Position numbers and translations under genes: made by a program. From an uncultured Desulfovibrio sp. (GTDB taxonomy: Bacteria > Desulfobacterota > Desulfovibrionia > Desulfovibrionales > Desulfovibrionaceae), in NCBI GenBank assembly GCA_947038175.1, contig CAMQVJ010000002.1, forward strand, positions 11,246 through 75,245: 64,000 bases of DNA, written 5' to 3'. The notes beneath the pieces were generated by a model, which was given only the letters and a program-made list of their open reading frames with translations, made no database searches and was not told where the DNA came from. Of the stretch, positions 1 to 9,605 are shown in pieces. Positions within the stretch are counted from its first letter, which is position 1. Each line of letters starts with the position of its first letter.

Positions 1-56
1 CAGTATATGAAAAAAATTGCTTCGTGAGAAACTATTTTCACTAGAGTCTTGTTATT

Positions 57-215
57 ACACGTTATTTGAATTTATTTTTTTTGGGGGAGTTGAACTCCCC
101 ATCTGAGCTCTCTATTTACGTATTTACTCGTACCTCGTAAACGTAAACGACGGTGTCGCCCTTGGGGTAGGCAAACCCCCAGATTATGTATTTCTTGTAA
201 ATAAAGTTTACAAAA
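57..215 (-). repeat. Mosaic intergenic repeat, copy A (end module T, hairpin H1 GGGGAGTTGAACTCCCC, module M3, degenerate M2)
   Basis: 83..180 is the reverse complement of 5093..5190 with one mismatch (hand alignment). Flanks 57..82 and 181..215 align loosely to the flanks of copy B. Confidence 0.85.
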
Positions 216-280
216 AATACGAACAGGCTTTTGTGTTCCTTTAAAAATAATAATCTAATAAACTTCTATGAGAGCAATTT

Positions 281-772
281 ATGTCAGATGAACGAATTTC
301 TTGGCAACAATATTTCATGAGCATTGCTTTTATGGTGTCTGAGCGATCTACTTGCACACGCCGTAAAGTGGGAGCGCTTGCTGTGAAAGACAGGCATATT
401 TTAGCCACTGGTTATAATGGAGTGCCGAGCAAAATTACGCATTGTCTTGAGCGGGGTTGCATACGAACGCAACTGAATATCCCATCTGGAGAGCGCCATG
501 AAATCTGTCGTGGTCTACACGCAGAACAAAATGTAATAATTCAAGCGGCGGTTCACGGTGCTTCTTTAGAAGGCGCTGATATTTTTTGCACAACGCAACC
601 TTGTTTAATTTGTAGTAAAATGCTTATTAATTGTAATATTAAACGCATTTACCATGCGGAAAAATACCCCGATACTTTGGCGATTGAAATGCTTAAAGAA
701 GCGGGTATTGAGCTTATAAATATTGAATTTGAAGCCTCCTCTCTTATACCGACAATGCATAAAGGTGTATAA
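281..772 (+). CDS. dCMP (deoxycytidylate) deaminase, cytidine/deoxycytidylate deaminase fold
   Basis: Zinc-binding motifs HAEQN and PCLICSKM. Size 163 aa. Directly abuts ribD. Confidence 0.85.
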   Translation: MSDERISWQQYFMSIAFMVSERSTCTRRKVGALAVKDRHILATGYNGVPSKITHCLERGCIRTQLNIPSGERHEICRGLHAEQNVIIQAAVHGASLEGADIFCTTQPCLICSKMLINCNIKRIYHAEKYPDTLAIEMLKEAGIELINIEFEASSLIPTMHKGV

Positions 773-2047
773 ATGACACATGAGATATTCATGGAAAAAG
801 CCATTGAACTTGCTCAAAAAGGTAAATGGCACACAGTACCAAACCCTTGCGTTGGCGCTGTTTTAACGTACAAAGATGCGATTATTGCAGAAGGTTACCA
901 TACGCAGTACGGGCAAGCTCATGCTGAAATTGAATGCTTATTAGACGCCATTAGAAAAGGTTTTTTTGATAATATTGATGTACATTTTTCCAATCCTTTG
1001 CTTTCTAAAGCTTGTGAGAAGAAAAGAGATTTGAAGAATGTAAGTAACAAAAATACAGTAGATTTTTCAAATAACGCAAGCCCATATACACTTGCGGATT
1101 GCACATTATATGTCACCTTAGAGCCTTGCAACCACGCAGGAAAAACACCTCCATGTAGCAAGGCTATTGTGGAATCAGGTATTAAGCATGTGGTTATTGG
1201 TATGCTTGACCCAAATCCTAAAGCCGCAGGTGGCATTGAGTTTTTAGAAAAAAATGATATCAAGGTTGAGGTCGGTATATTAGAAAAAGCCTGTAAGGAT
1301 TTATTAGCAGATTTTCTAGTGTGGCAACAACAAAAACGTCCCTATGTTATTTTGAAAATGGCGTGTAGTCTTGATGGGCGTATTGGGCCAAGTTATGGGG
1401 ATAATCATCGAATCAGCGGAACAGAATCCCATAACGTTTTAATGCAATTACGAGAAAATATTGGTAATGCAGGCGGAGCTGTTTTAGTTGGGGCGAATAC
1501 TTTTTTTAAAGATAATCCAAAACTCACAGCAAGAACAAAAACAGCCACCAAACAACCCTATGCTGTTATTATCAGCTCAAAATTACCACCATTATCTCCA
1601 TTGAATAAATCTAAATTTACGTGTATTGAAGAAAGGGCGCAGGAAACATTTTTTTATTGCTCAAAAGGGCAAGCTGTTTCCCCCACGGCGATAAACTTAG
1701 AAAATAAGGGATTGCGTATTAAAGGTATTTCTCAGAATACCAATGGAAAAGGACTGAATATTCAAGAAGTACTTGAGGATTTGTTTTTAGCGAAATCCTG
1801 TCATTATGTTCTGTGTGAAGGGGGAGCTCGCCTTGGGCTTAATCTCTTAAAATCTGCTTTTGTTGATGAACTTATTTTGTATATGGCACCCATGATTATG
1901 GGGGACGAAACCGCTAAACCTGTGTTTCTAGGGAATATAATGCATACAATGAATGATGCTCTTCGTTATACTATAAAAAACACGGTACTTGTGGGTAGTG
2001 ATTTACATATACATTTAAAACCGGAGCCAATATGTTTACAGGATTAG
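773..2047 (+). CDS. ribD: Bifunctional riboflavin biosynthesis protein RibD (pyrimidine deaminase / uracil reductase)
   Basis: HAEIE and TLEPCNHAGKTPPC deaminase motifs, C-terminal reductase domain, position in the rib operon. Carries an insertion of about 40 aa in the deaminase domain. Confidence 0.9.
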   Translation: MTHEIFMEKAIELAQKGKWHTVPNPCVGAVLTYKDAIIAEGYHTQYGQAHAEIECLLDAIRKGFFDNIDVHFSNPLLSKACEKKRDLKNVSNKNTVDFSNNASPYTLADCTLYVTLEPCNHAGKTPPCSKAIVESGIKHVVIGMLDPNPKAAGGIEFLEKNDIKVEVGILEKACKDLLADFLVWQQQKRPYVILKMACSLDGRIGPSYGDNHRISGTESHNVLMQLRENIGNAGGAVLVGANTFFKDNPKLTARTKTATKQPYAVIISSKLPPLSPLNKSKFTCIEERAQETFFYCSKGQAVSPTAINLENKGLRIKGISQNTNGKGLNIQEVLEDLFLAKSCHYVLCEGGARLGLNLLKSAFVDELILYMAPMIMGDETAKPVFLGNIMHTMNDALRYTIKNTVLVGSDLHIHLKPEPICLQD

Positions 2048-2694
2048 TTGCAGGGCAGGGGGAAATCGTTTTTTTTGATAAAAACAATCATCAAAACTCT
2101 CATGATGCAAGGCTTGGTATTAAACCAAAATTTATTTTTGAGAATCCTGTGCTTGGCGAATCTGTAGCCATAAATGGTGCGTGCCTTACTGTGGAATCCT
2201 TTGATAATGGTATCCTTACATTTTATACTTCTGAAGAAACCTTATCTTGTTCTACCCTTGGCTTGCTTAGTTTAGGCGATAAAGTGAACATGGAAAGGGC
2301 TCTTGCTTTAGGGGACAGGCTAGGTGGACATCTCGTCAGCGGACATATTGACTGCGTCGGTAAGCTCTCTAAAATCCAGAATGTGGGTGATTCAAAATGT
2401 TTTAGAATTACTTTTTCTGAGGAAATAGCGCCCTGTATTATTCCAAAGGGTTCAATTGCCCTTGACGGAATTAGTCTAACGGTAAACACTTGCGATAATA
2501 ATTTTTTAGAGGTAAATGTTATACCTGAAACATGGAAAGTAACCAATATCTCACTTTGGAAAGAGGGACAGTTGATTAATATAGAAACCGATATGATCGG
2601 AAAATATATTCTTCGCTCTACAACTATACAACAAACGACTAAGAATATAAGCCGTATAGATACTCATTTTTTACATGAGAATGGCTTTTTATAA
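2032..2694 (+). CDS. ribE: Riboflavin synthase alpha chain
   Basis: N-terminus [12 protein letters not shown], internally duplicated lumazine-binding halves, rib operon context, 16-nt overlap with ribD. Confidence 0.9.
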   Translation: MFTGLVAGQGEIVFFDKNNHQNSHDARLGIKPKFIFENPVLGESVAINGACLTVESFDNGILTFYTSEETLSCSTLGLLSLGDKVNMERALALGDRLGGHLVSGHIDCVGKLSKIQNVGDSKCFRITFSEEIAPCIIPKGSIALDGISLTVNTCDNNFLEVNVIPETWKVTNISLWKEGQLINIETDMIGKYILRSTTIQQTTKNISRIDTHFLHENGFL

Positions 2695-2702
2695 AAGGAT
2701 AT

Positions 2703-3944
2703 ATGATGTCAATTTCAACAACTGAAAGTGCTATAGAAGACTACCGCCAAGGTAAAATGATTATTTTGGTGGACGATGAAGATCGAGAAAATGAAGGTGA
2801 CCTCACCATCGCAGCAGAATTTGTAACCCCTGAAGTTATCAATTTTATGGCAAAATACGGACGAGGACTTATTTGCATGCCCATGGATGTGGAAATGGCA
2901 GATCGTCTTGATTTACCACTTATGACACAAAGAAATGCTTCTCGTTTTGGCACAAATTTCACGGTTTCCATTGAAGCACGTGAAGGGGTGACAACGGGTA
3001 TTTCTGCAAAAGATAGAGCGCATACTATTTTAACTGCGGTTGCGGATAATGCAAAAGCGGGCGATGTAGTTACTCCTGGGCATATTTTCCCCTTGAGAGC
3101 AAGGCAGGGCGGCGTTTTAATCCGTGCTGGACAAACGGAAGGTAGTGTCGATTTTTCAAGACTTTCAGGCCTTAAACCTGCTGCTGTTATTTGCGAAATA
3201 ATGCGTGATGATGGTGAAATGGCACGTATGCCTGATTTAGAAATTTTCGCTAAAGAACATAATTTAAAAATCGCCACAGTGAAAGATTTAATAAAATATC
3301 GTATGAAGAAAGGCGAAGTTGCTGTAACACGTGTTGCTGAAGCAAAAATGCCAACTCAGTTTGGAACATTTGATATTGTTGCTTACGAAAATTCCTTAGA
3401 TAATTGCACACATATTGCTCTTGTAAAAGGCGATGTAAGTACTGGCGATCCTGTGCTTGTTCGAGTGCATAGCGAATGTTTAACAGGCGATGTTTTTGCT
3501 TCTATGCGTTGCGATTGTGGTGGGCAACTACATAGCGCCATGATGCAAATCGAAAAAGAAGGTCGTGGAATCATTCTTTATTTGCGTCAAGAAGGGCGTG
3601 GTATTGGGCTTGTTAATAAAATAAAGGCCTATGCTTTGCAAGATGAAGGTTTGGACACAGTTGAAGCGAACCTTAAGTTAGGCTTTAAAGCTGACTTAAG
3701 AGATTACGGATTAGGAGCGCAAATCCTTGTGGATTTAGGCGCACGTAGCCTTAAAATTATGACTAATAATCCTAAAAAAATCATCGGTCTAGAAGGCTAT
3801 GGTATTGAAATTGTAGAACGTATCCCCCTTGAAGAAGCTTCTTCTCACTACAATGAAAAATATCTAAATACCAAAAAAGAAAAACTTGGGCATTTATTTG
3901 GAAATAATTGTAGTATTTATACTAGTGACAGTTCCAAAGATTAG
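2703..3944 (+). CDS. ribBA: Bifunctional 3,4-dihydroxy-2-butanone-4-phosphate synthase / GTP cyclohydrolase II
   Basis: [11 protein letters not shown] (DHBP synthase) and [17 protein letters not shown] (GTP cyclohydrolase II) motifs. Confidence 0.93.
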   Translation: MMSISTTESAIEDYRQGKMIILVDDEDRENEGDLTIAAEFVTPEVINFMAKYGRGLICMPMDVEMADRLDLPLMTQRNASRFGTNFTVSIEAREGVTTGISAKDRAHTILTAVADNAKAGDVVTPGHIFPLRARQGGVLIRAGQTEGSVDFSRLSGLKPAAVICEIMRDDGEMARMPDLEIFAKEHNLKIATVKDLIKYRMKKGEVAVTRVAEAKMPTQFGTFDIVAYENSLDNCTHIALVKGDVSTGDPVLVRVHSECLTGDVFASMRCDCGGQLHSAMMQIEKEGRGIILYLRQEGRGIGLVNKIKAYALQDEGLDTVEANLKLGFKADLRDYGLGAQILVDLGARSLKIMTNNPKKIIGLEGYGIEIVERIPLEEASSHYNEKYLNTKKEKLGHLFGNNCSIYTSDSSKD

Positions 3945-4020
3945 TATTATAGTAACGAACATTGTTTTTAATAAAGATATAAATTAATATAAAGATATCA
4001 AGTTATTTTAAGGAGAACAT

Positions 4021-4491
4021 ATGTATCATATAAAAACCATTGAAGGACTCATGGAAGCAAAAGGGCTGAAAATTGCCATTATTGCTACTCGTTTTAATGA
4101 CTTTGTTGTCAATCCCCTTATTGGTGGTGCTGTTGATTACTTAGTTCGCCACGGTGCAAACAGAGATGATCTCACGATTATCCGTATTCCTGGTGCTTTT
4201 GAAATGCCTATTATCGCTCAAAAAGTCGCTAATAGTAAAAAATATGACGGTATTCTTGCTCTTGGAGCGGTTATCCGTGGAGCTACACCTCATTTTGATT
4301 TTGTAGCTTCAGAAGCAACAAAGGGCCTTGCTCATGTTGCGCTTGCATCAGGTGTGCCTGTTGGGTTTGGGCTTCTTACTACTGATAATATTGAACAAGC
4401 CATTGAACGTGCAGGAAGTAAAGCAGGAAATAAAGGGGTAGAATCTGCCGCTGCTCTTTTAGAAACTTTACGTGTTATGGCACAACTCTAG
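4021..4491 (+). CDS. ribH: 6,7-dimethyl-8-ribityllumazine synthase
   Basis: 156 aa, [12 protein letters not shown] and GAFEMP motifs, AGGAG RBS upstream, operon context. Confidence 0.93.
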   Translation: MYHIKTIEGLMEAKGLKIAIIATRFNDFVVNPLIGGAVDYLVRHGANRDDLTIIRIPGAFEMPIIAQKVANSKKYDGILALGAVIRGATPHFDFVASEATKGLAHVALASGVPVGFGLLTTDNIEQAIERAGSKAGNKGVESAAALLETLRVMAQL

Positions 4492-4498
4492 GATATCT

Positions 4499-5029
4499 AT
4501 GCAAACGAATACAAAAACTCCACAAGCTGCCACAAAAGCTCCACCGCGTCGTTTGTCACGCATGAAGGCTTTTCAATTTCTCTACGGACAAGCCTTTGCA
4601 GAGGCTAAAACAGGACTGGAATTGGAAGAGTCTTTTTGTGCTTTTCCAGCGCAAGATATCAGTGAAATTGAAAACGCTACTTGTGAAGGCTTTGCCTGGG
4701 AACTTGTTTCTGGGGTATGGAGCCATTCAAAAAAGATTGACGTTGTGATTGAACAATTTGCGCAAAATTGGAAAATTGATCGTGTTGGTCGTGTTGAACT
4801 TGGGCTTTTACGCATCGCAGTATATGAAATGCTTTATAGAACCGATGTTCCCTTTAAAGTTGCTATCAATGAAGCTTTAGAGTTGAATAAATTATTCGGT
4901 GAAGAAAAATCACAAGCGTTTTTAAATGGTATTTTAGATACAATTTCAAAAGCAGCTGATGCTGGTACTTTGACAGGTCATTCTGATTCGAGAGGCTTTG
5001 CCTCTCAAACTCTCCACCAAAGGACATGA
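4499..5029 (+). CDS. nusB: Transcription antitermination factor NusB (C-terminal tail and stop codon lie inside repeat copy B)
   Basis: RRLSRMKAFQFLYG and FLNGILD NusB-type segments, conserved ribH-nusB order. I prefer the ATG at 4499 with AGGA upstream over the GTG at 4472, which overlaps ribH. Confidence 0.85.
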   Translation: MQTNTKTPQAATKAPPRRLSRMKAFQFLYGQAFAEAKTGLELEESFCAFPAQDISEIENATCEGFAWELVSGVWSHSKKIDVVIEQFAQNWKIDRVGRVELGLLRIAVYEMLYRTDVPFKVAINEALELNKLFGEEKSQAFLNGILDTISKAADAGTLTGHSDSRGFASQTLHQRT

Positions 5030-5216
5030 TGTCCTTTGGAAACCTCATATTCATGTGTTTAGTGTAAACTTTGTCATAATAAACACATATGTGGGGGCTT
5101 GCCTACCCCAAGGGCGACACCGTCGTTTACGTTTACGAGGTACGAGTAAATACGTAAATAGAGAGCTCAGATGGGGAGTTCAACTCCCCCAAAAAAAGCA
5201 ATTTGGAATGACGTGG
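4990..5216 (+). repeat. Mosaic intergenic repeat, copy B (modules P, M2, M3, H1, T)
   Basis: P is GAGAGGCTTTGCCTCTC plus the palindrome CCAAAGGACATGATGTCCTTTGG (4990..5050). 5093..5190 is an inverted near-identical match to 83..180. It ends with GGAATGAC. Confidence 0.9.
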
Positions 5217-5291
5217 ATATTTTAAAAAGTTAAGCTTCTTTAAAATATGACTATTCAATTATTATAAACCGTTAAAGTTTTGAGGTATATT

Positions 5292-7829
5292 ATGGCATTC
5301 CCTAGCCGCTATGATGCAGAAAGTATTGAATTAAAATGGCAAAAATTCTGGACAGATAATAAGTCTTTTGATTGTGAAATTGATACCACTAGACCAAAGT
5401 ACTATGTGCTTGAAATGTTTCCGTATCCTTCTGGAAACATTCATATGGGGCATGTACGTAATTACTCCATTGGTGATGTGGTCGCACGCTTTCGTCGTAT
5501 GCAAGGCTATAATGTTATGCACCCAATTGGGTGGGATGCCTTTGGCTTACCTGCGGAAAATGCAGCGATTAAGCATAATGTACAACCCGCTTCTTGGACG
5601 TATTCTAATATTGATGATATGCGTGATCAGCTAAAAAGACTGGGTTATTCTTATGATTGGCGCAGAGAAGTGGCCACATGCCACCCGAAATATTATCGCT
5701 GGGAACAAGAGTTTTTCTTGAAATGGATTGAGAAAGGACTTATTTATCGCAAAAAAGCTCCTCAAAACTGGTGTGAAGCGTGTCACACGGTGCTTGCCAA
5801 TGAGCAAGTTATAGATGGTTGTTGTTGGCGTTGCGATAGCCTTGTTGAACAAAAAGAATTAACGCAGTGGTTTTTAAAAATTACAGCGTACGCAGATGAA
5901 TTATTAGAAGACCTCAAAACCCTTGAAGGTGCTTGGCCTGACCGTGTTCTTGCAATGCAAAATAACTGGATAGGTAAATCTATCGGTGCTGAAGTTGCGT
6001 TTCCTCTTGATGGGGCTCTCGTAAATGAGGGGACTACGGATAATGCAGACGATGAAATTCGTGTTTTTACTACTCGCCCCGATACTCTGTTTGGTGTGAC
6101 CTTTATGACCTTAGCGCCTGAGCATCCACTTGTGGAAACGCTTATCAAGGGTAAAGAGAACGAAGCAGAATCACGAGCTTTTATTGAAAGAATTCGTAAT
6201 ATGGATCGCATGGCGCGCCAGTCAGACACTTTGGAAAAAGAAGGTGTTTTTACTGGGGCTTATTGTCTCAATCCCTTTACAGGCGATCAAATTCCAATAT
6301 GGCTTGGTAACTTTGTTTTAGCGGAATATGGCACAGGCGCTGTTATGGCTGTTCCTGCCCATGATCAAAGAGATTTTGATTTTGCCAAAAAATATGGAAT
6401 GAAGCTTAAAGCGGTTATATCCGCTGACGGGCATGACCTTGATGTGAATACATTAGAAGCGGCTTACACAGACGCTGGTATTATGATAAATTCTGGTGAA
6501 TTTTCAGGCCAATCTAATGAAGAAGGTAAAGCCAAGATTATCGCAAGTCTTGAAAGCAAAGGCAAAGGCAAGCAAACCGTTAATTGGCGTTTGAGAGATT
6601 GGAATATTTCTCGTCAACGCTATTGGGGCGCTCCTATCCCTGTTGTCTATTGTGATAAATGCGGTATGGTACCTGTAAAAAAAGAGGATTTACCCGTCCT
6701 TTTGCCTACCCATGTTCAACCTCAAGAGGATGGACGTTCTTCTTTAGCTGATTGTGAAGAATTTGTGAAAACTTCTTGCCCTACATGTGGGGGAGAAGCT
6801 CGCAGAGAAACCGATACTATGGATACATTTGTTGAATCCTCATGGTATTTTGCACGCTATACAGACGCTCGCAATGAAGACGCACCTTTCTCTAAAGAAG
6901 CTCTTTCTTATTGGTTGCCTGTTGACCAATATATTGGGGGCGTAGAACACGCTATTTTACATCTTTTATACGCAAGATTTTTCATGAAAGTTCTTCGTGA
7001 TCTTGACTATATTCCTGCTGATATTTCTGAACCTTTTGCGAATCTTTTAACGCAAGGCATGGTTCTTAAAGATGGCGTTAAAATGTCAAAGTCAAAAGGG
7101 AATGTTGTAGACCCAACGGATATGATTGCCACTTATGGTGCTGATACTGTTCGCCTTTTCTGTTTATTTGCCGCTCCACCTGAACGTGATTTTGACTGGA
7201 GTGATTCTGGCATAGAAGGGTCAGCAAGATTCTTACAAAGAGTTTGGCGTTTATATCAAGAATTACGTCCTGTTATTGTTTCAGGTGCGGCATGTTTTTC
7301 AAGTGCACAACACGCTGAAACGGACAAGGCAAAAGCTTTACGTTTTCGTGAACATAGCACAGTGAAAAAAGTGGGCGAAGATGTAGGAAATCGTTATCAA
7401 TTCAATACCGCTATTGCGGCGATTATGGAATTGGTAAATGAGATCTATATTGTGAAAGAAGAATTGATGCAAACAGAAAACGGCAAAATCATTCTTTCTT
7501 CTGCTATAGCAACTGTTATTACCTTGTTGACTCCTATTACTCCTCATATTTGTGAAGAGTTTTGGCATGATCTTGGAAATGCGGGAACTATTGGAGAACA
7601 AGCGTGGCCTGTTTGGAGCGAAGACGCTTTACAAAAAGATGTGCTCACTATTGTCATTCAGATTAATGGCAAGCTTAGAGGCAAAATTGAAGTTTCCTCA
7701 AAAGCCACAAAAGAAGAAATCGAAAAAGAAGCATTAGCTGAATCAAATATAGCGAAACACTTGGAAGGGCTAACGTTACGTAAAGTTATTGTTATTCCAG
7801 GAAAACTTGTAAATATTGTTGCGAACTAA
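5292..7829 (+). CDS. leuS: Leucyl-tRNA synthetase
   Basis: HMGHVRNY (HIGH) and KMSKSKGN (KMSKS) motifs. The ATG at 5292 is preceded by GAGG; the track ORF starts at a TTG at 5280. Confidence 0.97.
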   Translation: MAFPSRYDAESIELKWQKFWTDNKSFDCEIDTTRPKYYVLEMFPYPSGNIHMGHVRNYSIGDVVARFRRMQGYNVMHPIGWDAFGLPAENAAIKHNVQPASWTYSNIDDMRDQLKRLGYSYDWRREVATCHPKYYRWEQEFFLKWIEKGLIYRKKAPQNWCEACHTVLANEQVIDGCCWRCDSLVEQKELTQWFLKITAYADELLEDLKTLEGAWPDRVLAMQNNWIGKSIGAEVAFPLDGALVNEGTTDNADDEIRVFTTRPDTLFGVTFMTLAPEHPLVETLIKGKENEAESRAFIERIRNMDRMARQSDTLEKEGVFTGAYCLNPFTGDQIPIWLGNFVLAEYGTGAVMAVPAHDQRDFDFAKKYGMKLKAVISADGHDLDVNTLEAAYTDAGIMINSGEFSGQSNEEGKAKIIASLESKGKGKQTVNWRLRDWNISRQRYWGAPIPVVYCDKCGMVPVKKEDLPVLLPTHVQPQEDGRSSLADCEEFVKTSCPTCGGEARRETDTMDTFVESSWYFARYTDARNEDAPFSKEALSYWLPVDQYIGGVEHAILHLLYARFFMKVLRDLDYIPADISEPFANLLTQGMVLKDGVKMSKSKGNVVDPTDMIATYGADTVRLFCLFAAPPERDFDWSDSGIEGSARFLQRVWRLYQELRPVIVSGAACFSSAQHAETDKAKALRFREHSTVKKVGEDVGNRYQFNTAIAAIMELVNEIYIVKEELMQTENGKIILSSAIATVITLLTPITPHICEEFWHDLGNAGTIGEQAWPVWSEDALQKDVLTIVIQINGKLRGKIEVSSKATKEEIEKEALAESNIAKHLEGLTLRKVIVIPGKLVNIVAN

Positions 7830-7834
7830 TTATC

Positions 7835-8353
7835 ATGAAATTTATCTATAAAAAAATACCAATGGTGTTGTGTGCTGTGTTTGTTCTTTTTTCACTCAGT
7901 GCTTGTGGCTACACCCTACAGGGTACTCGTGCCGACACAAGAAACTCAGTGCTTGGAACGGGCGACAAAACTATTGCCATTACCAAAATTGAACAATCTT
8001 CCCTTTTTCCGTGGTTATCCTACAGCTTGCGTACAGAATTACATACTGAAATGAATATGCGTCGACTAGCAAAATGGGTTGATGTTGAGAAAGCAGATTA
8101 TACCATGGAAGCAGTATTGACCTCTTTTGAAAAACGAGCGTACATTAGTGGTGACGATGATGAAACTTTGCTGAATCTTGTTGCCGCACAATTGACAGTC
8201 ACCGTTTATGATAAAGAACACAAAACTGTTTGGACTTCTGGGCCTGTAACCTATTCAGAAAATTATGAAAATATTCGAGAAGAAGAAGCTATCCACGAAA
8301 TTATTCGTGAGCTTGTTTACATCGTTTATGATAGGATGCAAAGTACTTTTTAG
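7835..8353 (+). CDS. lptE: LPS-assembly lipoprotein LptE-like
   Basis: Lipobox LSAC-G after a hydrophobic signal, about 170 aa, conserved leuS-lptE-holA position. Confidence 0.6.
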   Translation: MKFIYKKIPMVLCAVFVLFSLSACGYTLQGTRADTRNSVLGTGDKTIAITKIEQSSLFPWLSYSLRTELHTEMNMRRLAKWVDVEKADYTMEAVLTSFEKRAYISGDDDETLLNLVAAQLTVTVYDKEHKTVWTSGPVTYSENYENIREEEAIHEIIRELVYIVYDRMQSTF

Positions 8354-8446
8354 TTTAGCATAAACTTTATAATAGAGATTTCTGTCTATATTGAAGGGAG
8401 AAAAGTTGTCACAAATTTTTCTCCCTAAAATATAATAAATACTCAC

Positions 8447-8524
8447 ATACGAGGTTTCCAAAGGACATCATGTCCTTTGGTGGAGAGTGAGAGAGGCAAA
8501 GCCTCTTTCATTGGAATAACGTAG
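8447..8524 (-). repeat. Mosaic intergenic repeat, copy C (module P inverted, followed by a T-like CATTGGAATAACG)
   Basis: The reverse complement of 8447..8506 matches 4990..5050 and 20233..20293 (GAGAGGC-loop-GCCTCTC and CCAAAGGACATGATGTCCTTTGG hairpins). Confidence 0.85.
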
Positions 8525-8561
8525 AGAGAAGTACTTTTATTAAAGTTTGGTTAAGGAAAAC

Positions 8562-9605
8562 ATGATGGAAATACCAGGATTTTATTTTTGTACTTGCCCT
8601 GATGCTCTTTTATCAAAACAGCATCTTGAATCCTTCGTGGAGTCTTTTGATAATACATGGCACGGAGATAATGCAAAAAGGCATGTCTTTTGGCCAGACG
8701 AACTAGGGAGCGATCCATTTTGGAATGCACTCACACTACAAAATCTGAGTGCTACCCCTAAAATTATTATTGTGCGAGCGGCACATACAATTCTTGCAGC
8801 GGACTGGAAAAAGATTTCTAGTGCGCTTGCCACTCCTCGCACAGCGATTTTTCCTGTCTTCTTTTTAGAGTGTGCGTGGGAAAAAGGGCAAGCAAAAATC
8901 CCTGCCCATATTGCGAAATTAAAATGTTTTGAATTTGCGAAAAAGAAAAATTGGACATACGATAATATTGGTATCAATGAGAGGACTATTTCTCAGTATA
9001 TCGGTCAAGAAGCACGAAAATTTAATTTGCAGCTGGATAAAAACACACTGTATACGCTTTGTGAAACTGCTATTCCTGATGCACAATTTATTCAAACGCT
9101 TTTATCTCAACTTTCTCTTTTTGCAGAAGATGGAAAGATCACCCCAGAAATCATTTCTCAAATAACTGCATATGCGCCTGAAATGGTGATTTTTGACTTG
9201 ATTAAAGATATGGAAAACTGCAATTTTCAAAAAATTTGGCGACGCCTTTCTCTAGAGAATGATAATGGTGAAAGCTTCCTTTTTCCTCTCATGGCTTTAC
9301 TTGCTCGTGATGCAAGAATTCTTTGGCAAATATGTGCAAAGGAAAATCCGTATATTCACCCTAGTGCGAAAGATTTTAAAATACGCCAAGCGAAGAAGTT
9401 AGGCTTTTCAGGTATAACGAAAATATTTAATATTATTTTAGAAGCCGATTTGTCTGTAAAATCTGGCAAAAACGACACCCTGCAAGCCCTAGAAAAAGTA
9501 ATTATTGATTACTCTAGTTTATTTGCTAGTAAACCATTATTTGCCTCTAAGATACTCATTAATGATATTATCATTGAATCAGAGCAAGCGAGTCGCTATG
9601 ACTAA
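8562..9605 (+). CDS. holA: DNA polymerase III delta subunit
   Basis: About 345 aa, position after leuS-lptE. ATG at 8562 with AAGGA upstream (track start is a TTG at 8547). Family call rests mainly on synteny and size. Confidence 0.6.
   Translation: MMEIPGFYFCTCPDALLSKQHLESFVESFDNTWHGDNAKRHVFWPDELGSDPFWNALTLQNLSATPKIIIVRAAHTILAADWKKISSALATPRTAIFPVFFLECAWEKGQAKIPAHIAKLKCFEFAKKKNWTYDNIGINERTISQYIGQEARKFNLQLDKNTLYTLCETAIPDAQFIQTLLSQLSLFAEDGKITPEIISQITAYAPEMVIFDLIKDMENCNFQKIWRRLSLENDNGESFLFPLMALLARDARILWQICAKENPYIHPSAKDFKIRQAKKLGFSGITKIFNIILEADLSVKSGKNDTLQALEKVIIDYSSLFASKPLFASKILINDIIIESEQASRYD

Noticed and set aside
181-280. FMN riboswitch expected upstream of the rib operon (also checked 3945..4020 upstream of ribH)
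   Set aside because: Neither region contains the conserved FMN-element blocks. 181..280 is repeat tail plus AT-rich spacer, and 3945..4020 is too short.
5173-5190. H1 hairpin GGGGAGTTCAACTCCCC as a tRNA fragment (T-arm-like GTTCAAC loop, with AGCTCAG just upstream in copy B) or as a rho-independent terminator
   Set aside because: No acceptor, anticodon or complete D arm can be folded around it and no CCA-compatible 3' end exists. As a terminator the U-run is on the wrong side in both orientations. A tRNA-derived origin of the module cannot be excluded, but it is not a tRNA gene.
4998-5225. 75-aa ORF spanning repeat copy B, with related small ORFs over the other repeat copies
   Set aside because: The other copies of the repeat differ by indels and stop codons in this frame and the modules occur in both orientations. 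The conservation is therefore at nucleotide or structure level, not coding.
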